From: Chiloscyllium plagiosum
Taxonomy: Eukaryota
Length of the DNA stretch: 64,000 nt
Direction: 5' to 3'
NCBI RefSeq assembly: GCF_004010195.1
Contig: NC_057735.1
Location: forward strand, 13,694,057-13,758,056
Shown: piece after piece, positions 41,415-55,390 of the stretch
Position numbering within the stretch: position 1 is the stretch's first letter
How the letters are laid out: the number at the start of each line of letters is the position of its first letter
Translations under genes and position numbers: made by a program
The notes under the pieces: model-generated
The model's database searches: none
The model's input: only the letters and a program-made list of their open reading frames with translations
Told to the model about the DNA's origin: nothing

Positions 41415-42100
41415 GCAATATAGCACAGAAACAACTCATCCGCGCAAACCAGGCATCCCAAACTGACCTATTCCTAATTGCCTCTAAACCCTTCTTATTC
41501 ATGTATCCATCAAGATGCTTTTTAAATGTTGTAATTATATCCACCTCCACCACTTCCTCACAGTTCCATACATGCACCACTTTCAGCATGAAAAACTTAC
41601 CCCCGAGGTCCTTTTTAAATCTTTCCCTCTCACCTTAAGTCTATGGCCTCTAGTTTTGGACTCCCCCTGGGAAAAAGGCTTTGGCTATTCACCCTATCAA
41701 TGCCCCTCATGATTTCATAAACCAGTATATGGTCACCCTCAGCCCCCGACACTCCAGGAAAGAAAGCCCAGCCTCTTCAGCTTCTCCCTGTAACTCAAAC
41801 CCTCTACAACATCCTTATAAGTCTTTTCTGCACCCTCTCAAGGTTACATCCTTCCTGTAGAATGACGATCAGAATTGTACACAGTATTCTAAAAGTGGCC
41901 TCTTCAATGAACTGTACGGCCGTACACAAAATCCCAACTCCTATACTCAATGCTCAGACCAATGAAGGTGGGAATGCCAAATGCCTTTTTCACTACCCTG
42001 TGCGAATCCACTTTCAAGGATCTATGTAACAGCACCCCCAGGACCCTACCATTAAATGTGTTCGTGCTGCCTTGCTAAGCCTTACCAAAATGCAACATTA
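41415..42100 (-). mobile_element. Older CR1 3' fragment in MED20 intron 3
   Basis: Diverged similarity to 30529-31306 (cctctaaacccttc..., ggtcacccctcagc..., ccactttcaagga). Confidence 0.8.
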
Positions 42101-42300
42101 CACTCAACTAAACCAATGCATTAAACATGGAAAAATAAAAGTAGGCTTTGAAGAAGAGCAAAGGGAGCACTTTTCTTTTTTAATTATCACATAAACGTAA
42201 AGTTAAAACAATATTTTGGCAAAGAATCCTCCAGAAACAATGCCAGGAAAATACAAAGGTGCGAAGAACAAGTACCTGCAGTTGAAATCAATGAACATAC

Positions 42301-42554
42301 CTCAACTGATATGCCACGCACACTTGGTCCCATGGTGACTGTCCCCACCTTTATTAGGAAGTCGCCGTATTGGTAGCGAGGTCCACGGCTCTCTATCTTG
42401 CTGCTTTTTGCATTCTGGAAAAACCCCTTCAGTTTGATCATCAACGTGTCAAAGTTTGAGTCTGCCACCAAATAGGGGCCGTTTTCAAAAAGTGCAAAGC
42501 AGCTGAGAGGATATTCTGTGTTGTGCATAACATACATGAACTTTGCAGCCTGCC
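42301..42554 (-). CDS. MED20: MED20 coding exon 3 (254 nt)
   Basis: Acceptor tttcatcag|GG CAG GCT. Encodes GQAAKFMYVMHNTEYPLSCFALFENGPYLVADSNFDTLMIKLKGFFQNAKSSKIESRGPRYQYGDFLIKVGTVTMGPSVRGISVE. Donor GAG|GTATGT. Confidence 0.97.
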
Positions 42555-44581
42555 CTGATGAAAAGTAGGATGGATATCATTAGAATTAATGAGCACAAGG
42601 CAAAAGAAGAGATTTAAGACCTCGTTACACATCCAGCCTCACAAAGGTCACATTGAGTTCAGGGTGGGTGTTGCAGCTGTCTAACAAAGATGCAATAAAT
42701 CATGCTCTCTAACACACACACACACAGTATTTAGAGTTCTAACTACACTCTGCAGGAGATTTACATCACTTATTAATTGAGCCGCTTCCTCTTCTGAAGG
42801 CACTCACTGATTCAGACTGGCTTAAAATTCCATAGGCATTGGATCACCTGCTGATACTACACCTTGAAAGCTATCCCACAGTTAAATAGTAGGACATGGT
42901 AGGCTATTCATCCATGCAAGTTATCATATACATTTTCACAACCCTGTCCTCTCTCTATGCATATGTGTTTTCTACTAAGAGTCAATGGATGGCAAACAAA
43001 AACCAGAATTCTGGCTGATTGCCTTCTCCCGAACTCATGAACACCAAAATCAAATGCAGATGCTCATCCTCTGGAGATCACTGGTTGAGGTTTGTTTCAG
43101 CAAATGAACATTGAATTCAGTAGATTGGAAACGCTTAAGCAAGACAAAATTGTAATGCAGGAAGACATCAAAATACACTCCAAGTTTATAAAAGAAAATG
43201 TTTAATACATATTGCATGCATTGACATTACACGAGTGAATTCACTTAAGTATTTCAAAGGTCTTGCATTATAAAATTGAGAATCCATGCCCAACATCAAT
43301 AGAAATAGCATTTAAAGACCATGTTCTACTGCATTCCTGAATAGGTAAGCCCATGGCAACATAAGTGATTCTATGTATTATGAAGAGCCACTCAAACTTT
43401 CAAGCAGTTCAGTCTTTCAAGGTAGTTTTTATAAACATCTTAGGGACACCAATCTGGTGGCTGTGAATGTGAATTGCTTTAATATTATTGAGGTAATTTT
43501 ATGTACATCAATACCAGCTGGCATCATACCTATAATGGTTCCTGATGTTTCAAGCAGCTGTAATGAGGTACAGCAGTTAGAAACGCACAAACCAAAATAA
43601 GACACAATCCTTTCTTCTGTAAGAAAACCTATCTGCCTTCCGTTCAGCTCTTTGCCAAGTTCCACTTCCAAGGTTGGTGACATTATCTCTCAGCAAGGCT
43701 TTGATCATGAAAAATTTGACATTGAGAGCGTTCATGCCAATTTTTTAAATAATCTGACATTCTGATCAAGAAAGCAAAAGAAACCCAAACTTCCTCTCCC
43801 CACCTCTAGCCTTTGATTCTTGCTGGGTGCAAAATCTTTGCATGCAAGGGAAAGTAGGCCATTCAGTCCATTAATTAAGACACAACTGATCTGTATTTAA
43901 CTGTCTTAGTTCAGGGGGCAGTTGAGCGAGCGAGCGAGTGCTTAGAATTCCAGATTTCCAACATTTGTGTGAAGATGTGCTTCCTGACATGACCCCTGAC
44001 TGGTCTACGTCTAAGTTTAAGGCAATGCCCCTTGTTCTACACTATAAGTGAAAATAGCTTCTCTCTATCTGTTCTTTCAATCAGAAATATTTTGAAATAG
44101 ATCATTCCTTCATCTTCTACACTCAAATATGCAAGTCTAGTCCACATATTCTATCCTCATAATTTAACCCTATTAGCTCCAGCACTGTTAGGATGAAACA
44201 GAAGAAAATCACAGCATGGAAAAGGCCACATGGCTGTCAAGTAGCAATTTAGCCTCATCCAACTCTCCAGCTCCTAGGCTATTTCATTTTACATGTTGAA
44301 GGTTTTTTGCTTCTGTCCATTCAATGAGCTTGCTCAGCACCCTCAATTGTGAGTGAAAAAAAATGTTTCTTCTGCGCTCCAGCCCTTCCAAGGCTAATAT
44401 CTTGTTCCTGAAGTTATGGCGCCCAGAAGTGAACATGATACCATAAATAAAAATAGAAAGCACTGGGAATACTCAGCAGTGTCTCTGTAAAGAGAAGCAG
44501 TGATAATCTATTCATCCCAGATTTGAAGTTGTCATTTGAGCATGAAAGCTTCAACAGTTTTTTCGGTGGGGGGGTGGGGGG

Positions 44582-44584
<3 letters not shown>

Positions 44585-44621
<37 letters not shown>
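44585..44621. repeat. (AG)n microsatellite
   Basis: Direct inspection. Confidence 0.95.
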
Positions 44622-44623
<2 letters not shown>

Positions 44624-46149
44624 ATTACAGATTTACACCACTTGGGAAGAACTGATTTGTCAAATTACTCCTGAATGGCCTAGCTCCAATTTTGAAAATT
44701 ACTCTTCTTCAAGCCAGTATTTTAAATGGGGACCACTTGAAGCTTCATATACCGGAATAAAACTTCCACCTCATTTTATCCAGCCACTTAAGACAAAGGT
44801 CAACATCTTACCAATCTTTCTAATTACTTTTATTGCCAGACAGATGGAGAGCAACCCATTTAGCTTAAAACAAAGGACAGTTTGTTTCATTTAGGAAGTG
44901 GATTTAAACCTCCTGGGTTTACAACATGATGTAGAAGAAACTGCCATTCAACTGTTTGTGTTACACGAAGGTAGTAATATTTTCTGTCCACCACCTCAGA
45001 AATTGAACTACAGAATGACGTAAGATTTTCAATCATAGATTTTTCAAGTTTGCAGCAATTATTCTGCTGCTGTCCTCCTCCTATCTTTCTGGATGTTAAG
45101 CACATTAAGATGAATTATCGATTATCCAACTTGGAAAAGAAAATGAAGTCAGAACTAGATTAGAATATAGATGCTTATGATGTGTGCAGACATGATGGGC
45201 TGAAGGGCCTTTTTTGTATGTTGTAACAACTCTGATTTTAAATTGCCTGTTTTATTCCAGACACACTCTCCCTTTCAAACTTAACACTTAAGTTTGTGTG
45301 TGTTTGAGGTCATGTTTTATTATTTCTTTTTCATGTTAATGAGTAATAAAATTCCACTGCATTTTACTCAAGAAAAACTCACAAACTTGCAAACCTTTGG
45401 CAGGTATTGAGTTTTGTTAGTAGTGTGATACTGCAGCTTGCAAAAAACAACCAAAAAATCTTTGTTGCAGCCAAATCAGGGATTAGGAAAAATGGACTGA
45501 TTCTGTCCCCAAAACAAAAACCTGGTTATAACAACATCTAACTTGCACCATCTTGTGAAACAATTCAGAGAAATTGCTCAGAGAAAAGGACAGGAACATT
45601 TTGCAAAACTTACTTTATGTATCAATTTTCCAAGTCAGCAGTTTGTGAAGTTACACTGTCCGTAACAACAATATGCAGTTTTCACTGTTCTGATTGGCTG
45701 TTAGGTCCATCTGGTGGGCAAAGATTGGCAAACGTTGATGCACCTGGCACGCAGGGGTCAGCAACCTGTGGCAAATGGCTGATTGCCAAAGACTAGGGGC
45801 AGCAGCAGGTGAAGGAGGTTGGTGGAGAAATAAAACAAAAGGCAAGGGGAACTGAAGAGCAAAGTACAAAGCATGGGACAGAGGCAGTGGGGGGGGGGGG
45901 GGGGGGGGGAGTCAGAAATGCATAGAAAGAAGCGTGACATGGGAGTGTTGAAAGAAGTGGGACAAGAAGGATAGAATTAGGACTTACAAGTGTTGCAGCA
46001 AAGATGCCAACTTTGCTTCAAAATGTTTTGCAGGGCTCTGCAGGCTGTGAAAGTGTGTCCCTTTATATTTTACACCATGTGAAGAAATGATCACAAATTA
46101 CTACATGGCAGAAAAGGACTCCTGGGTCTTCAGTATTTGTGACAGTTAC

Positions 46150-46301
46150 CTGGGATGGTTACAGTTGGTCCTGCATGATAGGTTTCACAGTCCACGCAAA
46201 AGGTCCCCTGCTTAACAGCACCCAATAGCTCCAGTTTTTTGGTGAGCATCTCCACTGCTTGCTGGACACTCTTCCCCTCAACTGCAGGAATCTGGGAAAC
46301 G
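46150..46301 (-). CDS. MED20: MED20 coding exon 2 (152 nt)
   Basis: Acceptor ...cattcgcag|C GTT TCC CAG. Encodes [50 protein letters not shown]. Donor CCA G|GTAACT. Confidence 0.95.
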
Positions 46302-46934
46302 CTGCGAATGAGAATCAGCAGATCAACAAAACTCAGCACAGATTCACCTGCAGCATTTTAAGTTTGGGAGTAGAGAGAGCAAAGGAATGAGTTTTGCATT
46401 TCCATTCTATTCTTTCACCTCACATCCTGAAAGATCTCCCTATCTGTGGGATACAGATGCATAAGACGTTTTCGAGTCCAGTGCAAAAGGTTGAGCAGGC
46501 TATTCAAGCATCATAGACATCTTTAATCAAGGTTCAGATATATGACAATCTCTGGAACAGGTGGGATTTGAACCTGGGCCTTCTGTCTCAGAAATAGGAA
46601 TGCTACTGTTCCCCACAAGAGCACCCTTAAACCCAAAGCAAGAACACACCATTGTCTGATAAATTAAAATCAAAGCTCACATTTACCTCAACTAAGGAAG
46701 CTAAACGTCCCAATTACCTGATGTACAGAGCTGGAAAATCCTCCTGAAAAATAACCATTTCAATATTGCAATTAATCACTACTTGACTAGAGTGATCCAT
46801 AGGGCCATCAGGCTGCTTTCAATAAAAGTTTGGGAGGTGGTGGGGGTGTTAGTGTGGGCAGGTTTACTAAAGACAGCATTGTCCTTCATATGAGCACACA
46901 AATCCCATTTCACAATTTGTCACAGTGGAATCTG

Positions 46935-47048
46935 TGCCCGAAACGTCGAATCTCCTGTTCCCTGGATGCTGCCTGACCTGCTGTGCTGTTCCAGCAATAA
47001 AGTTTCAACTTTGATCTCCAGCATCTGCAGACCTCACTTTCTCCTCCT
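46935..47048 (+). mobile_element. Family A PLE terminus truncated within hammerhead stem II
   Basis: tgcccGAAACGTCGAATctcctg...gcagacctcactttctcc; possible 6-bp TSD aatctg (46929-46934, 47049-47054). Confidence 0.8.
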
Positions 47049-47454
47049 AATCTGAATGCATGACCAACAGGTTTTGGGCCCAGTACCGTTACAGCAGTTA
47101 TTGTACCTTGGCACTGATTAGGAACTAATCCTAATACTTGCACAGAGAAGGGGCTAGCCCTCTCACAAATTTCTGATGCAGACCCCTTACAACAGGCCCT
47201 CAGATACACAGCTTTCCTTTCACTTTGTACAGTCAGTATCCAGAGGGAAAAAAAAATCACTTGATTAGTGACTATTGGTACAAACCAAATCCGTTAGGAA
47301 GCAGGAAATGAGAACTGTCTGATCCAATCAGATCAATTACAAACCAGGAATAGAAACTGACAGAACCAACCAGATTGGTTTGAGGGTGAAACTGGAACCT
47401 GTACAAATCAGATTGTGTGTTACTTAAAACAATTGAGGTCATAAATTCTAAGCA

Positions 47455-47790
47455 TAAGAAACAGGAGCTGGTGTCAGCCATTCAGCCCCTCGAGTCTGCC
47501 CCAACATTCAATCAGATCACAGCTGATCTTCTATCTCAGTTTCCCCACACTATTCCCATACCTGTCCATTCCTTAACTATCCAAAGGTTCCATTTCATCT
47601 CACCTCAATTATGTTACTGACCCTCCATAGCTTTCTGAAATGGAGAATTCCAATGATCCACAACTCTTTGAATGGAGGAATATTTCCTCATCGCAGTCCT
47701 AAATGGTTGACACCAGTCTGAAATTAGGATCCCTAGTTCTAAATTGCCCAAGCCAGGGTAAATAGGTCCCAGCATCTCTCCCTTAAGAGT
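47455..47790 (-). mobile_element. CR1/L2-type 3' fragment
   Basis: cataagaaacaggagc...gccattcagcccctcgagtctgcc...; minus strand encodes QRVVDHWNS. Confidence 0.65.
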
Positions 47791-47810
47791 TGTGTGTTTA
47801 ATGAAACCAC

Positions 47811-48530
47811 CTGGAGTGTTGCTGAACAAAGAGACCTTGGGGTGCAGGTTCATAGCTCCTTGAAAGTGGAGTCGCAGGTAGATAGGATAGTGAAGAAGGC
47901 ATTTGGTATGCTTTCCTTTATTGGTCAGAGTATTGAGTACAGGAGTTGGGAGGTCATGTTGCAGCTGTACAGGACACTGTTGGAATATTGCGTGCAATTC
48001 TGGTCTCCTTCCTATTGGAAAGATGTTGTGAAACTTGAAAGAGTTCAGAAAAGATTTACAAGGATGTTGCCAGGGTTGGAGGATTTGAGCTACAGGGAGA
48101 GGCTGAATGGACAGGGGCTGTTTTCCCTGGAGCGTCGGAGGCTGAGGGGTGACCTTATAGAGGTTTATAAAATCATGAAGGGCATGAATAGGATAAATAG
48201 GCAAAGTCTTTTCTCTGGGGTCAGGGAGTCCAGAACTAGAGGGCATAGGTTTAAGGTGAGAGGGGAAAAATATAAAAGAGACGTAAGGGGCAACCTTTTC
48301 GCGCAGAGGGTGGTACGTGTATGGAATGAGCTGCCAGAGGAAGTGGTGGAGGCTGGTACAATTGCAACATTTAAAAGGCATTTGGATGGGTATATGAATA
48401 GGAAGTGTTTGGAGGGATATGGGCTGGGTGCTGGCAGGTGGGATGAGATTGGGTTGGGATATTTGGTCGGCATGAACGGGTTGGACCGAAGGGTCTGTTT
48501 GTGTACTGTACATCTCTATGACTCTATGAC
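47811..48530 (+). mobile_element. CR1-clade LINE 3' fragment
   Basis: ORF2 C-terminus RDLGVQVHSSLK...LERVQKRFTRMLPGL...RVVRVWNELPEEVV; tail ctctatgactctatgac. Confidence 0.93.
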
Positions 48531-48732
48531 CTCTAATTCTTCTAAACTCTGGGTAATTTAAGTCTTGTTTACTCTATCCCTCCCCAGACAAACACCTTAT
48601 TCCTGGATTTTTCTTTTGTGTGTGCTCTAAAACAGGTGTATTGTTTCTTGGATAAGGCAAGCAAATCTATATACAACATCCCAGATGTATTCTCACTGAG
48701 CTCCTGTACCACTCCACTATACAAGGGTGGCA

Positions 48733-49030
48733 ACTACTGCCTCACAGTGCCAGGGAACTGGGTTCAATTGCAACCTCAGGGAGTGGAGTTTGCACTCTCT
48801 CCCCATGTGCAGGTTTTTCTCTGGGTGCTCCTGTTTTCTCCCACAGTCCACAGATTTTGCACGTTAGGTGGAATGGCCATGCTAAATTGGCGCATGGAGT
48901 CCAGGGATGTGCAGGGTTACAGGGATTGGGACGGGGTGGGGGAGATATCAGGGTGAATGCTCTGTGAAGGGTTGGTTTGAACTGTTGAGGATGGGCCGGA
49001 TGGCCTGCTTCCACACAGTTGGGATTCTGT
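48733..49030 (+). mobile_element. Older V-SINE
   Basis: actactgcctcacagtgccaggg...gtggagtttgcactctctcccc...ggccatgctaaattg. Confidence 0.78.
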
Positions 49031-49554
49031 GACTTGTACATTCCACTGTCTTAGGGGTTAACATTTGTTTCTTCTTAAATATTTGCTGTACCTATGTGTT
49101 AACTTTTAGTGATTAAAATGACTCTCAAGTCCCTCTGAACATCAATATTTCCAAGTACCTCAACTTTTTGAAAGATATTCTGCCTTTCAATTCATCCGAA
49201 CAAAAAGCAAACAACTTCACATTTTCCCACATTATCCAGTAGCATGTCTCAAAACCAGCTACTCAGGACCAGGGCTATGAATGAATTGAATCAGCATTAT
49301 TGTCAAGTGTACTGACATGAGTACAGTGAAAGGTTTACAAGTCACCATTTATGCGGTATCTTAAGTACAAAGGTACATAGGTACAGATTCGTCAGTACAA
49401 ATTCTTAGGAAGGAGAAAAAAAGAAAAATAAGGAAATAAGAAATCCAGCAGTACTGACCTTCGAAAGTACATCCCCCCACCCCCAATAAAAGAAAAGCTC
49501 GGCACAGAAGCTAGTCAGCATGCCCAGCCATTATTTTACACAGAGTAATTATTA

Positions 49555-49716
49555 AAATTCCTTCCCTGATGGCATTGTGGGTCTACCTACAGCACATTGA
49601 CTATAACAGTTCAAGAAGGGAGCTCATCACCACCACCTTCTCAAAAGGGAACTAGGCATCAGCAATAAATGCTGATCGAGCCAGTGATTTCCACGCCTCA
49701 TGGGTGAATTTTTTTT
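49555..49716 (+). mobile_element. Recurrent LINE/SINE 3' tail fragment
   Basis: cagttcaagaagg(g/c)agctcaccaccaccttctcaaggg...aataaatgctggcc..gccagtga motif, also at ~28135-28290, 31720-31830, 32640-32890 and 61160-61280(-). Confidence 0.6.
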
Positions 49717-50586
49717 TAAAAGTGCTCACGGCAGCTTGGCTTCTTAAACTGTATTCATACATCACCAGTTTTTACTTAACTGGAATCTGAGGCATTGTAC
49801 CAGTATTCCAACTAGCATGTGCGCGAGACTCACTTCACCCATCCAAATCCTTTCACAGCCTGTGTTCCCTTCCCCATTTAGGAAATCAAAATATACTATC
49901 TCCGCTGGCCCCCTTTACTTACCTGACTAGTTATACCCTCATAAAAAACTTATTGCTGGCTAAATACCATTTCCTTTTCATAAATCAGCCATGAAACAGC
50001 TTTATTACATTACGATTTTACAACTCCCCAATTATCATGCCTCAACTATTAGATTTCAGAATTTTCCTGAGTACTGATAAAAGGATAACTGGATATAATT
50101 TCTCTCACCTGCCTTTTTTTGAATAACTGTTCAACCTATGGGACTGGTCAGAAGCTAGGGAATTCTGGAAGAATTTGCAAAATGATTGAATAGCTTTGAA
50201 CACTTGTGGTGTATTCATTCCCAAAAACACTTATAACTCAAACTACTGAAATTCTAAAACCTTTTCTTCTCCCTGATAAGTTTTTATTTGCAGCTTTCGC
50301 AATGGTAATATTGTAGTTATTAGCTTCTAGGCTTGAAGAAATTAAATTCTCTAAAGATTAAAAATTTTAAAAAGTGTACAGAAGAGATTTATGTGATTTG
50401 GTTTGATGTATTACGGTTACGTACCTAGGTACAGTGAAAAGTTTTGATTTGCGTGCAGTACAGGTAGATCATACCATATGAAGATCATAGGGTGATTGAA
50501 TGGAGAAAGGAATACAAGTTAAGGCTGCAAAGAAGGTGCACAAAAAGCAAGATCAACGTTGGATTTGAAATTTGAGCGGTCCATTC

Positions 50587-51066
50587 AGAATTTACCAGGA
50601 TGTTACCAGGAATGGCGGGGTTGAGTTATAAGGAGAGGGTGGATATATTAGGACATTTTTCACAGCAGCATGTCAGGTGTCAGGTTAAGAGGTGACCTTA
50701 TAGAGGTTTATAAAATAATGAGGGGCATAGATAAGGTGAATTTCCCTAAGTGGGGGGGGGGGGGGGGGGAGAGAATTTCAAGGCGATGGTGCATAGTTTT
50801 CAGTGTAGGGGATTTCAACACTCGGGGCATATTTTTCAGGTGAGAGGAGAAGAATTTAAGAAAGACATAGGGGCAATTCTTTCTTAAAAAACAGAGTGAT
50901 TTGTGTGCGGAATGAACTTCCAGAGGAACTGGTGGATGCAGGTACAGTTACAAATTTTAGAAGACATTTAGATATGTTAATGAATAGGAAACGTTTGGAG
51001 GGATATGGGCCGAGTTTAATTTGGGATTATGGTCGGCATAGGCTTGTTGGGCCAGTATGACTCTAT
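50587..51066 (+). mobile_element. CR1 3' fragment
   Basis: gatgttaccagg...ggtgaccttatagaggtttataaaataatgaggggcatagat...tatgactctat. Confidence 0.8.
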
Positions 51067-53277
51067 AAGTGAAATATGTCTGGGCAGGAATGTTTTAACT
51101 GGCTTTACACAACTAATCCACTGTATATGCAGAATTTTTTAAAAAAATAAATCAGGGGGAATTGATGTTGGAATGATCTAAAAGCAACCAGGAGATCAAC
51201 TTATTTAGGATTACACTTGGTGTGTTGTCTACTTTGATGAGCGATATAGACTAGTGACACGTTTCAGTAGCCACTTCTGTTTCTGTAACTTTGAAAGCTT
51301 TCAGGCTGTTGAAAGTAACTAAAAATAACTTTACAGTGTCAGAACAAAAACTCAGCTTGTTACTTTGCAGTAAAGAACCTCCACCATAAAAGCACTGGCA
51401 TTCTCTGGAGAGAAATAAAGCAATACAACAGACTGCAAATTCAACACTGGAAACAGTCAGATCCAGTTCCCTGAAGAGAAGTAGTGTTTTTTTTTGTCAA
51501 GGTTCATCTTGAGCAGCTCTGCCACAAAGAGCTTTGTGCCCTACGGGTTGTTCTCAAGGATGCACATTGTGACATTATTAAATGTAGCTGGAGGACTATC
51601 AACCTGGTGAAAGATACCCTTTGGACTGTCTGAAGCTTCATACAATCACATGATAATTATAGTGCAGATGGAGGCAGTGTGGCCCATTGTACTGCTCCAG
51701 TTCTCTGAATAAGCATTATAACTCAGTGCCCTTCCCTTACTTTTTTTTGCCATTAATTTGAATAGCATTTCTATTTAAATAATCATCTAATGCCTTGGTC
51801 TGTAGGCTGGCCCTTCAGTGCAAAACATTGCTCTCTATCATGCTGCAGACTGGCATATTCCAAGATCCAGGGCTACATGTTGGTGGGACACACGGAAGCT
51901 TGAGAGAGTCCACAGAGGTGCTGGCTGGTTGTGTCTCTATCTGCCTGTGTGTCTGTTTTTTGGACAGATCGCTGTCTAAGGCCTTTCAGTCATGATATAC
52001 TGAGGGATTGTTAAACAGTAGAACCTACCATGCTGTACACCTGACAAGGAATGTACACTGTGAATATCAAAAGTATTGAACTACATTGAGACATCTCAGA
52101 GTGGAACATGGTTTAGAATGAGAAGTTCATTTCTATGGCACTTTCCAAAATGTTTGATTTGATGGCATTTTATCATTGGCATTCCTAACATGGAATGCAT
52201 ATTGTACATATTAGTACAATTACAATTGTATTGAAACACCCGAGAGTGGAACAGGATGAATGGAGGTGACAAATTTTGTTGTAAATTTTGTAATTTAAGT
52301 AGAAAGGGCTTGTAATATACTTTTTTAAATTCCATGAATAATACATATTTTGGAAAAGAAAAATGGAATTCCCTGAGCAGACTGTGAAAATCATCTGGTA
52401 GAACATCTCAACAGCAGAATTTTCAAACAAAATTAAGACCTTGTTTGACCAGCAACAAGTTCTGCAACACAGAACGGAGTGCTCTATGTGCACACACTAA
52501 GATAAACAACAACTGCTGCTGTACGACCATCAACTCAGTGACAGCTGCACTTTGGATGGCCCAAAACTTCCCCGAGCTCTAGTGCAAGGAGTGCCCATGA
52601 CAAAGTGTTGCAGACGGGCACTTTCCAAAAGGGCAGGACTACATGCTGACGGATGCATACAGCCAGAAGCAGCAGCTGCAAAGGCTCATCTGGGAAAGAA
52701 ACAAAATCAAGGCCTCCTGCCATTTTACAACAAGTGAGTGGAAACCAAGTTAAAAATGGTTCGAATACTTAACATGAATTGGATATAAATTTTAGCTCTC
52801 ATTGTATTGAGAGGCATCTCAAGAGTGCCACATATTACAAGCCCTTTACTATACTTAATGCAGTATCAGCTCCACATTACTATGTGCTGCTCCTTTACAA
52901 ATTTTAAGAATAAAGTATATTTTTAGGGAAAAATAAAATCAAATTGAAAATTCAGGTCCCCTTATCTACTCCTACAGAAAACATTGTTGAGCACTAACTA
53001 CTACAACTAAGAAAGTGAAATTAGATTGACTAATATTCCCAGCAACAGGAAATGAATCAACAGTCAGAAGGCCAAAAGATATAGCTGTTAATAATTAGCG
53101 ACCTTCTGAAGCACCACAGTATGTTTTACAACTTCATCCTTCATCTATATAGCGCCTCCACTATAATAAAATGCCACAAAGCACTTCACAGGAGCATTAT
53201 AAAATAAAACAGGACATTGAATCACATAAGGAAATAATAGCTCAAATAACCAAACTCATGATCAAAGAAAGGTTATG

Positions 53278-55390
53278 ACAAATACATTAAGGACAAAAGG
53301 GTAACAAGGGAGAGAATAAGGCCCCTCAAAGATCAGCAAGACGGCCTTTGTGTGGAGCCGCAGGAGATGGGGGAGATACTAAACGAGTATTTTGCAGCAG
53401 TGTTTACTGTGGAAAAGGATATGGAAGACACAGAATGTAGGGAAATAGATAGTGACATCTTGAAAAATATCTAAATTACACAGGAGGAAGTACTGGATGT
53501 CTTGAAACACATAAAAGTCGATAAATCCCCAGGACAGACAGGAAGAGTATACTTAAGAGGGAAATCAAGAGAGCAAAAAGAGGACATGAGATAGTTTTGG
53601 CAAATAGAATTAAGGAGAATCCAAAGGGATTTTACAAATACATTAAGGACAAAAGGGTAACAAGGGAGACAATAGTGCCCCTCAAAAATCAGCAAGGTGG
53701 CCCTTGTGTGGAGCCGCAGGAGATGGGGCAAATACTAAATGAGCATTTTGCATCAGTACTTTCTATTTAAAAGGATATGGAAGATCTAGAATATAGGGGA
53801 ATAGATGATGACTTCTTGAAAAATGTCCATATTACAGAGGAGGAAGTGCTGGATGTCTTGAAATGCATAAAAGTGGATAAATCCCCAGGACCTGATCAGG
53901 TGTATCCTAGAACACTGTGGGAAGCTAGGGAAGTGACTGCTGGGCCTCTTACTGAGATATTTGTATCATCGATAGTCACAGGTGAGGTGCCGGAAGACTG
54001 GAGGCTGGCTAATGTGGTGCAAATGTTTAAGGAGGATGGTAAGGACAAGCCAGGGAATTATAGACCAGTGAGCTTGACGTCAGTGGTGAGCAAGTTGTTG
54101 GAGGGACAGGATGTACATGTATTTTGAAAGGCAAGGACTGATTAGGGGTGGTCAACATGGCTTTATGCGTGGGAAATCATGTCTCACAAACTTGACTGAG
54201 GTTTTTGAAGAAGTAACAAAGAGGATTGATGAGGGCAGAGTGGTAGATGTGATCTATACGGACTTCAGTAAGGCGTCCGACAAAGTTCCCCATGGAACAC
54301 TAGTTAGCAAGGCTAGATCTCATGGAATACAGGGAGAACTTGCTATTTGGATACAGAACTGGCTCAAAGGTAGAAGACAGAGGGTGGTGGTGGAGGGTTG
54401 TTTTTCAGACTGGAGGCCTGTGACCAGTGGAGTGGAACAAGGATCGGTGCGGGGTCCACTACTTTTCATCATTTATATAAATGATTTGGATGTCAGCATA
54501 AGAGGTATAGTTAGTAAGTTTGTAGATGACACCAAAATTGGAGGTGTCGTGGACAGCGAAGAAGGTTGCCTCAGATTGCAATGGGTTCTTGATCAGATGG
54601 GCCAATGGGCTGAGAATTGGTAGATGGAGTTTAATTTAGATAAATGTGAGGTGCTGTATTTTGGGAAAGCAAATCTTAGCAGGACTTATACACTTATCAT
54701 AAGGTCCTCGGGAGTGTTGCTGAACAAAGAGACCTTGGAATGCAGGTTCATAGCTCCTTGAAAGTGGAGTTGCAGGTAGAATGGATAGTGAAGAAGCCAT
54801 TTGGTATGCTTTCCTTTATTGGTCAGAGTATTGAGTACAGGAGTTGGGAGGTCATGTTGCAGCTGTACAAGACATTGGTTAGGCCATTGTTGGAACATTG
54901 CATGCAATTCTGTTCTCCCTCCTATTAGAAAGATATTGTGAAACTTGAAAGGGTTCAGAAAAGATTTACAAGGATGTTGCCAGGGTTGGAAAATTTGAGC
55001 TATAGGGAGAGGTTGAATAGGCTAGGGCTGTTTTCCCTGGAGTGTCGGAGGCTGAGGGCTGACCTTATAGAGGTTTATAAAATCATGAAGGGCATGAATA
55101 GGGTAAATAGACAAGGTCTTTTCCCTGGGGAGGTGGTTTCCAGAACTAGAGGGCATAGGTTTAAGGTGAGAGGGGAAAAATATAAAAGAGACGTAAGGGG
55201 CAACCTTTTCGCGCAGAGGGTGGTACGTGTATGGAATGAGCTGCCAGAGGAAGTGGTGGAGGCTGGTACAATTGCAACATTTAATAGGTATTTGGATGGG
55301 TATATGAACAGTAAGAGTTGGGAGGGATATGGGCCGGGTGCTGGCAGATGGGACCAGATTGGGTTGGGATATCTGGTCAGCATGGATGAG
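53278..55390 (+). mobile_element. CR1-clade LINE (HER1-like), 5'-truncated, degraded ORF2
   Basis: KSPGPDQVYPRTL, PGNYRPVSLTS, QHGFMRGKSCLTNL, VTSGVEQGSVRGP, SKFVDDTK, LERVQKRFTRMLPGL. Stops and frameshifts; 5' segment 53278-53535 duplicates ~53635-53890. Confidence 0.95.

Noticed and set aside
45888-45909. Poly-G runs (also ~50752-50769, ~22877-22889) as G-quadruplex elements
   Set aside because: Simple homopolymers, prone to sequencing error, with no functional context.
47614-48513. 299-aa minus-strand ORF and similar ORFs antisense to CR1 copies
   Set aside because: Antisense frame of CR1 ORF2, recurring at each copy; not a host gene.
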